From Candidatus Omnitrophota bacterium (GTDB taxonomy: Bacteria; Omnitrophota; Omnitrophia; Omnitrophales; Aquincolibacteriaceae), in contig JBDRCT010000033.1 of the NCBI GenBank assembly GCA_043821445.1, positions 5,391 to 69,390 on the forward strand: a stretch of 64,000 nt of DNA, written 5' to 3'. The first letter of the stretch is position 1, and each line of letters begins with the position of its first letter. Positions 57,519 to 64,000 of the stretch are shown here, in pieces. Below the pieces are notes generated by a model. The model was given only the letters and a program-made list of their open reading frames with translations, ran no database searches and had not been told where the DNA came from. Both the position numbers and the translations under genes were made by a program.

Positions 57519-57589
57519 TAATTAAAAAAATGAATTGGAAATCATGGCTGCCCAAGTCACCCTTATTAAAAAAAACAAAGACTTGGGCG
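57519..57589 (+). repeat. hairpin element of the same family (copy c)
   Basis: AATTAAAAAAATGAATTGGAAATCATGGCTGCCCAAGTCACCCTTATTAAAAAAAACAAAGACTTGGGCG; flanked by CATGAT(C/T)TTCCTT 13-bp direct repeat; between yvcK-like and ptsH. Confidence 0.6.
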
Positions 57590-57618
57590 TCATGATTTTC
57601 CTTGATCAAAATGGGCAA

Positions 57619-58878
57619 TCATTCTTCCGTTCGCTCGGTATATTCCCGGTAATGCTCTAAAACAAGCTTCATCAAAAGCTCGGCATCATGGCGAACCTGC
57701 TCGCCCGCCTGAAGCACATCCCCTTGGATGATCTGATAGCCTTTTTCCCGGATCTTTTCGACATCCAGTTTCACCGGCGCCGCGCCCTGTTGGGCATAAC
57801 GCCGGAGCATCGCCTCTGGAATGGTCGCCGTGTTCACAAAACAAGCATCGATGATCCTCGGATCCGTATGGTCCAAGATCACGTTCAGATGATCCCACGC
57901 ACTCATCCCTGTTGTCTCACCGGGTTGCGTCATCGCGTTCATGATATAGACCTTGTACGCATCGGACCGAAGCACCGCATCACAAATATCCTTGATCAAA
58001 AGATTCGGCAAAATACTGGTATAAAGACTTCCCGGACCCATAAGAATGAGGTCCGCAATCTCGATCGCGTCCAAGGCTTCTTGGCACGCCCTGCAATCGT
58101 CCGGCCGGAGACGGATGCTACGAAGCGGTCTTTTCAGATCCGTGATGTTCGTCTCGCCTTCTACCGACGTCCCGTCCATGAATTCGCCCACAAGTGTCAC
58201 TTTTTCAAGCGTCGACGGAAGCACCCGTCCTCGGATGGCCAGAACCTTGCTGGATTCTGCGATCGCTTTTTCAAAATCGCCCGTCACTTTCGAAAGTGCG
58301 GTAATAAAAAGATTCCCAAAACTGTGTCCCTTCAGTCCTTCCCCAAGCTCGAAACGGTACTGGAACAAATCACGGATGAGCGGCCCTGCGTCGGCGAGCG
58401 CCACTAGACAATTGCGGATATCGCCCGGCGGCAGCATGTCCATTTCATCGCGCAAACGGCCGGAACTCCCGCCTGTGTCCGTTACCGTCACGATCGCAGT
58501 GATATTGCTCGTAAATGCTTTGACGCCCGAAAGTATGGTGCTCAAGCCGGTTCCGCCGCCGATCGCCACAACACGCGGTCCATGTAACAGGGACTCCACC
58601 CGGCGCTTCTGGTAAACAATATCCACAAGCGAATCGTGCCCGTTCAAGGGCATCAGCGCACGCACGAAGATCCGGACCATATTTTTGATCGAGGTATAGA
58701 TAAGAAAAATCCCGAGGATTAAAAGCGCCGTCGCGAACGAGGCCAGCAACACGCTCGTTTTGGCCATGGTCTGCACGGTCAAAAGAGCCACTAACACGAT
58801 AAATCCAAGCCCCAACGCACAAAGAACGATCCATCGTTTGATCCCGATACCAGGATAGAACCACTTAAAGAATTTCAT
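57619..58878 (-). CDS. YvcK/CofD-like (UPF0052) gluconeogenesis-factor-family protein with N-terminal transmembrane extension
   Basis: VVAIGGGTGLSTIL...GGSSGRLR... YvcK core preceded by ~80 aa containing 2-3 TM helices. Confidence 0.75.
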   Translation of the reverse strand: MKFFKWFYPGIGIKRWIVLCALGLGFIVLVALLTVQTMAKTSVLLASFATALLILGIFLIYTSIKNMVRIFVRALMPLNGHDSLVDIVYQKRRVESLLHGPRVVAIGGGTGLSTILSGVKAFTSNITAIVTVTDTGGSSGRLRDEMDMLPPGDIRNCLVALADAGPLIRDLFQYRFELGEGLKGHSFGNLFITALSKVTGDFEKAIAESSKVLAIRGRVLPSTLEKVTLVGEFMDGTSVEGETNITDLKRPLRSIRLRPDDCRACQEALDAIEIADLILMGPGSLYTSILPNLLIKDICDAVLRSDAYKVYIMNAMTQPGETTGMSAWDHLNVILDHTDPRIIDACFVNTATIPEAMLRRYAQQGAAPVKLDVEKIREKGYQIIQGDVLQAGEQVRHDAELLMKLVLEHYREYTERTEE

Positions 58879-58905
58879 AGAGAGTTGCTAGAGAGCCGGT
58901 CCTGA

Positions 58906-59370
58906 TCAGACCTTGCGGCTCTCTTCTTTTGCGATCAAATCAAAAATGTCCTTCGGGGTTTTGCACTTTCTGATAAGTTCGCAAAAATAAGTGTCCCGGA
59001 GAAGTCTCGAGATTTGCGCCAATGCTTTGAGATGCGGCCCGGCGGTGTCCTTAGGTGCGACAAGCAGGAATAGGATATAGACCGGTTCACCGTCCAAGGC
59101 TTCAAAGTTCACGCCTTTGCGGCTTACGCCGAGCACGGCCACGAGTCCGTCCACTTTATCGGTCTTTCCGTGCGGGATCGCGATCCCCTGCCCGATACCC
59201 GTAGAACCCAGGTTCTCGCGCTCAATCAGAGCGCGAAGGATGTTTTTTTTATCCCCCACGTCCTTGACCTCGGCCAAAAGGTCGACCATTTCTTTGAGAA
59301 TACCTTCTTTGTCGGTCGCTTCCAAATCGACTTTGATACCCTTGATGTTGAGAAAATCGGTGATCTTCAT
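58906..59370 (-). CDS. ptsN: PTS EIIA-Ntr (PtsN) family protein
   Basis: 154 aa, GIGQGIAIPHG phosphorylatable-His motif. Confidence 0.75.
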   Translation of the reverse strand: MKITDFLNIKGIKVDLEATDKEGILKEMVDLLAEVKDVGDKKNILRALIERENLGSTGIGQGIAIPHGKTDKVDGLVAVLGVSRKGVNFEALDGEPVYILFLLVAPKDTAGPHLKALAQISRLLRDTYFCELIRKCKTPKDIFDLIAKEESRKV

Positions 59371-59405
59371 GGATGTATTCCTCCTAATTGAAAAAGGTTG
59401 TGGGA

Positions 59406-59963
59406 CTAGACTCCCGGCTCGATCAGCCCGTGATCCCCGTCCTTGCGCTTATGGATCACATTCACACTATTGGTATTTTGATTTAAAAAAACAAGGAAGG
59501 TCTCAGGAGAGATCTCGAGCTGGAGACTGGCCTCTTCAGCAGACATCGGCTTGAGCGCGAACTCCGAGGAACGAACGATCTTCGGATGATCTTCGGGCAA
59601 AACGCTTTCCGTTTCAATCATGCCGAGTGCCCGGGCGATCTTCGCCGAAGCTTTGGCGTTTTTTGTGTGATGCCCCTTGGATTTCGAGCGGAATTTTTTT
59701 AACTGTTTCTCAACGCGCTCATAGGCCTCGTCGATCGCCGCGAAGATATTGTCTTTAGCCTCGCCCATCCCGAAAGCATGGAAGTCCTTGGCCGCAAGAG
59801 TGATCTCCGCCTTAAAGATGTATTTCTCTTTTTTGAGGAATATATGTGCTTCTATGATCCGCGGAGCGTACTTTTCGAATCTGGGAAGTCTTTCCTCCAA
59901 GTGCTCCTTCATCCCCGCGGTGATCTTAAGATTCTGTCCCGAAAAACGAATATCCACTATCAT
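59406..59963 (-). CDS. hpf: ribosome hibernation-promoting factor (long form)
   Basis: S30AE/RaiA N-domain plus C-terminal dimerisation domain. Confidence 0.8.
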   Translation of the reverse strand: MIVDIRFSGQNLKITAGMKEHLEERLPRFEKYAPRIIEAHIFLKKEKYIFKAEITLAAKDFHAFGMGEAKDNIFAAIDEAYERVEKQLKKFRSKSKGHHTKNAKASAKIARALGMIETESVLPEDHPKIVRSSEFALKPMSAEEASLQLEISPETFLVFLNQNTNSVNVIHKRKDGDHGLIEPGV

Positions 59964-60012
59964 TTCCTCCTTGAGGGTCTTTAATGAATCGATGCAAAGC
60001 GCGGATGTCGGA

Positions 60013-60738
60013 TCAAGCTAAGGTGAACCTCTCCCCAAGATAGATCTCCCTAGCCTTGGAATCGGAGGCAAGAAACTCCGAGGTCCCGGAGACCTCGACC
60101 TTGCCCTCAAAAAGAAGGTAAGAACGGTCGGTGATGGAAAGCGTTTCGCGAACGCTATGATCCGTCAACAAAATACTAAGGCCTTGGGCCTTGAGCCGCT
60201 GAAGGATCTTCTGCACCTCAAAGACCGCAATGGGATCCACGCCGCTAAAAGGTTCGTCTAAAAGAATAAGAGACGGATTTGTCACGAGAGCGCGCGTGAT
60301 CTCAAGCCGCCGCCGTTCGCCTCCGGAAAGCGTGTAGGCCTTGTTCTTCGCAAGATAGGCGATATCGAGGTCGTTTAAGAGCCGCTTGAGGCGACGGTCG
60401 CGCTCTTCCTGGGGGATCTCCAAAGTTTCCAAAATGGCCATGATGTTTTCTTCTACGGTCAATTTGCGAAAAACGGAGGGCTCCTGGGAAAGATAACCGA
60501 TCCCAAGCCGTGCCCGCTCAAACATCGGAAGATTCGTGATCTCTTCACCCCGGAAAAAGATCTGTCCGGATTCCGGACGGATGACCCCGACCACCATGTA
60601 GAATGACGTAGTCTTTCCGGCGCCATTGGGACCCAAAAGCCCTACGATCTCGCCACGCGACATCTGGATATTCACACTGTTCACGACCGTGCGACCTTTG
60701 TAACTTTTTGTCAGCCGTTTCGTCTCAAGCAAATTCAT
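60013..60738 (-). CDS. lptB: LPS export ABC transporter ATP-binding protein
   Basis: GPNGAGKTT Walker A, LSGGERRR signature, LLDEP Walker B, H-loop. Confidence 0.9.
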   Translation of the reverse strand: MNLLETKRLTKSYKGRTVVNSVNIQMSRGEIVGLLGPNGAGKTTSFYMVVGVIRPESGQIFFRGEEITNLPMFERARLGIGYLSQEPSVFRKLTVEENIMAILETLEIPQEERDRRLKRLLNDLDIAYLAKNKAYTLSGGERRRLEITRALVTNPSLILLDEPFSGVDPIAVFEVQKILQRLKAQGLSILLTDHSVRETLSITDRSYLLFEGKVEVSGTSEFLASDSKAREIYLGERFTLA

Positions 60739-60740
60739 GA

Positions 60741-61625
60741 TCAGACAACTCCCTTCCCAAGGCCTTCGGGAGCATCCCCGCCAAAATAAAGGGCTTCTGT
60801 ATCCCCGCCCAAAATAATCCGCCCTTCGTCTGCCAGATAGATCACGCTATCCGAGTAGGTCTTGTTCCCGTCGGGGTTTTCGATCACTACATCGCCTGCG
60901 GATACAATCTTTGAAACATGACGACTCACACGGTTGTAATAAACGTCCATCGTATCGGCCGTAAGCTTCCCACGGGAATCCTGTGCCACGACATTGTCTT
61001 TGAAATGCGCTATATTTTTTTCGTAATCGACCACAAGAGGCCCGTCGCAAGTAATGGTCGTCGGCCCGGTTTCTTTATCCTCGGTGTTTTGTACCACCAC
61101 TGTTACGTTTTTTTGAAATTTCACTTTTTTCAGGTTTGTTTCTGCCCGGGCGCCGGTGCCTTCCACATTAATATTGTCCTTCTTAACTTGTGTCGGGAGA
61201 TCGGTTTCCACAATGTGTTCAGAAGGGCTCATGTCCAGAGCCTCGGTCACAAGGCGCGTTCCGTCATCGGTCGTGGCCACCACATTTTTTTCAAGATGGA
61301 TCTTGTTCTTTTTCTTGTCGTAATTGCCGCGATCCGCCGTAACGGTCACGGGAACCTCTTCGGCGTACGCCTTGGCCATCACATTCATCAGCTGTACCGT
61401 GTTAGAAAGGATGTCCGCGGAATCGCCTTCGATCTCGATCTCGCGCTGCCCTTCGATCGTATACTTGGTGAATGAAAAAGAGAGGACTTTCTGCGGTTTC
61501 TGCTCGGAGGGTTGCACGGTCCCTTGTTCGGCCCTTTGCTTGCGGGTGATCACCACCTGCATCTGCACGAAAAACACATAGAACACCACCAGCACGGCAA
61601 AGATAAAAATAAGACGTTTAATCAT
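60741..61625 (-). CDS. LptC/LptA (OstA-like) family LPS-transport protein
   Basis: N-terminal TM anchor followed by beta-jellyroll-like repeats; located between lpxL-family gene and lptB. Confidence 0.6.
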   Translation of the reverse strand: MIKRLIFIFAVLVVFYVFFVQMQVVITRKQRAEQGTVQPSEQKPQKVLSFSFTKYTIEGQREIEIEGDSADILSNTVQLMNVMAKAYAEEVPVTVTADRGNYDKKKNKIHLEKNVVATTDDGTRLVTEALDMSPSEHIVETDLPTQVKKDNINVEGTGARAETNLKKVKFQKNVTVVVQNTEDKETGPTTITCDGPLVVDYEKNIAHFKDNVVAQDSRGKLTADTMDVYYNRVSRHVSKIVSAGDVVIENPDGNKTYSDSVIYLADEGRIILGGDTEALYFGGDAPEGLGKGVV

Positions 61626-62566
61626 GCGTGTTTCACTGTCTCCTTAAGTTCCGCTGCGGCAACCTCGTCGGGTTTCGTTTTCCAGCGGTCATGCATCCAT
61701 CCCCATTGCTCCGGGTAACGGCGAATCATTTCTTCAAAATCTTTCATCCAGGCTTCCGTGTATTTCCTGATCGAGGCCGTCCGATCATAGTCTTTGATCT
61801 TCGGCCGTATCAGATTACCCAAAAAGAGCTTGTAGCGATTTCCGGGCATCCGGATCATAAAAGCCGGTAGGATCGGTGTTCCTGAAGCTATGGCAAATTT
61901 CACCGGCGCCACGGACGTATAAGCCGGTCTCCCAAAAAAATCCACGAAAATGCCCCGGACATTATCTCGATCTTGATCCGGTAAAAGCCCGACGATCTCA
62001 CCCGTCTTCAAACAAGTGTGAATTTGCCTAACGGCCTCATCTTGATAGATAGTCCGAACGCCCACGGCGCTCCGCAAACTTACGATCCACCGGTTGTACG
62101 GTTCATAATAGATCCGTCGGCCGACCACGGCGCCCCGGAAACCCTGCAGGCCAAAAATCCCGGCCAAAAGTTCCCAGTTGCCCATGTGCGCCGTCATTAT
62201 AATGAGCCCTCTCCCTTCTTGCAAAATATCTTTGCAAAAAGAATAGGCATCACCTGCTTCCACGAACGAGGCCGCCTGGTCACGTGAAAGTGTGGCAAAA
62301 CGCAGGAAATCTACGGCCGTCTGGAGCATATGCCCCATCACCCGCCGGCCGATCGTTTCCAATGCCGCAGGACTTTCCGTATTGCCGTAAGCAAACTTCA
62401 GATTTTCAAGGATTTTGGTCCTTTGGCGTGAAACGATCCAGTATCCTAAATACCCGACCCCGTTCGCGAGCGCCAACGCCCAGCTTCGCGGCAGGACCAG
62501 CAGAAGCCCCGCTCCGAACCTTGTTAAAAGATAGAGCGGATAGCGATAAAATCTGCGCTTGGCCAT
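61622..62566 (-). CDS. lipid A biosynthesis (Kdo2-lipid IVA) acyltransferase, LpxL/HtrB family
   Basis: HMGNWE acyltransferase HX4D-type motif; true start MAKRRFYRY (~62566); track ORF start at 62623 is read-through of a repeat element. Confidence 0.75.
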   Translation of the reverse strand: MAKRRFYRYPLYLLTRFGAGLLLVLPRSWALALANGVGYLGYWIVSRQRTKILENLKFAYGNTESPAALETIGRRVMGHMLQTAVDFLRFATLSRDQAASFVEAGDAYSFCKDILQEGRGLIIMTAHMGNWELLAGIFGLQGFRGAVVGRRIYYEPYNRWIVSLRSAVGVRTIYQDEAVRQIHTCLKTGEIVGLLPDQDRDNVRGIFVDFFGRPAYTSVAPVKFAIASGTPILPAFMIRMPGNRYKLFLGNLIRPKIKDYDRTASIRKYTEAWMKDFEEMIRRYPEQWGWMHDRWKTKPDEVAAAELKETVKHA

Positions 62567-62567
62567 A

Positions 62568-62680
62568 GTCCCAATACCTATCAATTTTAACGAAGTTGAA
62601 ATTGGGGCTGCCCTGATTACCATTTAGGAAAAGAAAATAAAAATCAGGGCTGTCCCAACTACTCTTTATATAAAAAAATC
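62568..62680 (+). repeat. family B repeat plus hairpin module, abutting the lpxL-family start codon
   Basis: GTCCCAATACCTATCAATTTTAACGAAGTTGAAATTGGGGCTGCCCTGATTACCATTTAGGAAAAGAAAATAAAAATCAGGGCTGTCCCAAC; three GTCCCAA/TTGGGAC-type units. Confidence 0.55.
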
Positions 62681-62699
62681 TAAAGTTGGGATAGGCGGA

Positions 62700-63671
62700 T
62701 CAAACCCGTCCTGCCCTCATAAGGTCCTGAACATCCAAAAGGCCTACGACACGCCGGGCTTTGTCCACCACTGGCAATTCATCAATGCGAAGGGATTCCA
62801 TGATATGGAACGCTTCTTCTGCAAGTTTTTCCCTCTGAATATAGCGAGGTTTGAGCGTGGCCAATTGGACCACAGGCCGGTTCAGAATCTTTTCGCCCTG
62901 GGATCTCAGGTGACGCCGGAGATCTCCGTCCGTAAAGACACCCATCAATTTTCCGCGCCCATCGACGATCGTACAACTTCCAGCCCTTGAGGCCGTAATC
63001 TTAAGAAGTGCCTGACGCACCGTAGTCTTCACCCCTACGAGTGGATTGGCCTTTCCGGTGCGCATGATCTCCCCAACCTTCAGCAGCCGTCTTCCAAGAC
63101 TTCCCGCCGGATGCAATTCTGCGAAATCTTCGGAACAAAAATCTTTTTTCTTAAGAAGCGAAAGCGCGAGCGCGTCCCCCATCGCAAGCGAAGCGGTCGT
63201 TGAAGCGGAAGGCGCCAAGTTCAAAGGGCAGGCTTCGCGCCGCACGCCGAGATCAAGCACCATGTCCGCATTTTTCCCAAGAGTGGAGCCCGGAACACTT
63301 GTCAATGCGACAAGTTTCACTCCTTTTTTCTTCATCAAAGGGAGAAGCCTCACGATCTCTTCACTTTCCCCGCTTTGCGAGATCGCGATTACAAGATCCT
63401 TGGAAGTCACCATCCCAAAATCACCGTGTACCGCTTCGGCAGGATGAAGAAAAAAAGCGGGCGTTCCCGTTGAGGCCATGGTCGCGGCGATTTTACGGGC
63501 GATAAAACCGGGTTTTCCCATTCCGGTAAGTATCACGCGTCCTTTGCAATCCGCCATCCATTGAACTACCGTCTCAAAATTCTTGCCGATCCCGGAACGA
63601 AGCCGCGAGATGGCGCGGGCTTCGATCCTGAGAACCTCTTTGGCAAGTCTTACCACATTCGATGTTTTCAT
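62700..63671 (-). CDS. kdsD: arabinose-5-phosphate isomerase (SIS + tandem CBS)
   Basis: SIS domain (GMGKPGFIARKIAATMASTGTPA) and two C-terminal CBS motifs. Confidence 0.85.
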   Translation of the reverse strand: MKTSNVVRLAKEVLRIEARAISRLRSGIGKNFETVVQWMADCKGRVILTGMGKPGFIARKIAATMASTGTPAFFLHPAEAVHGDFGMVTSKDLVIAISQSGESEEIVRLLPLMKKKGVKLVALTSVPGSTLGKNADMVLDLGVRREACPLNLAPSASTTASLAMGDALALSLLKKKDFCSEDFAELHPAGSLGRRLLKVGEIMRTGKANPLVGVKTTVRQALLKITASRAGSCTIVDGRGKLMGVFTDGDLRRHLRSQGEKILNRPVVQLATLKPRYIQREKLAEEAFHIMESLRIDELPVVDKARRVVGLLDVQDLMRAGRV

Positions 63672-63675
63672 AATC

Positions 63676-64000
63676 TTAGTTTTCCTTGTCGACGCATGCT
63701 TTGAGTGCGATCAGTTTTTGGAGCAAGGGGCCCAATTGAGAGAGAGCGAGGGCATTCGGCCCGTCCGAAAGCGCCTTGTCCGGAGTCTCATGGATCTCCA
63801 TGAAAATAGCATCCGCCCCGGCCACGACCGCGCAGCGCGCGAGCGTGGGAATGAATTCCGACATACCGCCAGAAGCCGTGCCCTTCCCGCCCGGGATCTG
63901 TACCGAATGGGTGGCATCATAGACCACGGGATACCCGAATCCACGCATGATGGGTATCGCGCGAAAATCGTTCACGAGGTTGTTATATCCGAAACTCGTG
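63676..64000 (-). CDS. kdsA: 2-dehydro-3-deoxyphosphooctonate aldolase (3' part; gene starts beyond window end)
   Basis: C-terminal KdsA sequence (...[14 protein letters not shown]...[17 protein letters not shown]...). Confidence 0.85.
   Translation of the reverse strand, partial: TSFGYNNLVNDFRAIPIMRGFGYPVVYDATHSVQIPGGKGTASGGMSEFIPTLARCAVVAGADAIFMEIHETPDKALSDGPNALALSQLGPLLQKLIALKACVDKEN

Overview
This is a 64-kb, GC-rich (~57% GC) bacterial chromosomal segment with about 65 protein-coding genes. I found no rRNA, tRNA or CRISPR array. From ~14.8 kb onward almost every gene is on the minus strand.

Housekeeping content includes nth, greA, a futalosine-pathway radical-SAM enzyme, ispG, thiC, a fused AhbA/AhbB-like siroheme decarboxylase, orphan pilT, a sensor kinase and thiD. 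A large electron-transfer-flavoprotein block follows: an EtfB–EtfA fusion, two ETF:quinone oxidoreductases, etfA, etfB and an acyl-CoA dehydrogenase. Then come arfB, purL, thiS-thiG-thiH-thiF, mdh, rho, an ABC-F ATPase, pyk, Fe-ADH, ahcY, metK and ptsI/ptsH/ptsN. The window ends with hpf, lptB, an LptC/A-like gene, an lpxL-family gene, kdsD and kdsA.

Stand-outs:
1. A ~3.3-kb low-GC (~40%) island (27.9–31.1 kb) carries a tightly coupled ABC-type AAA ATPase plus a 336-aa uncharacterised partner, with a lipoprotein and a truncated SNase-like fragment. Its architecture is typical of anti-phage/abortive-infection cassettes.
2. Three families of short, dispersed MITE-like repeats are present.
   - One is bounded by CCCCGTTAGAGATAGGA / TCTCTAACGGGG inverted termini, with five short copies and one 281-bp copy. 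The long copy carries an 89-aa GIY-YIG nuclease gene wedged between etfB and etfA.
   - One is a ~70-bp hairpin element sitting immediately 5' of start codons, flanked by direct duplications.
   - One (GTCCCAATACCTATCAAT…GAAATTGGGGC) is inserted in-frame into thiH, an exonuclease gene and the 5' end of rho.
3. rho lacks the canonical N-terminal RNA-binding domain.
4. The conserved lptB–(rpoN)–hpf–ptsN locus has no rpoN.

All coordinates come from the supplied ORF track plus manual reading, so repeat boundaries may be off by ±1–3 bp. No database searches were run.
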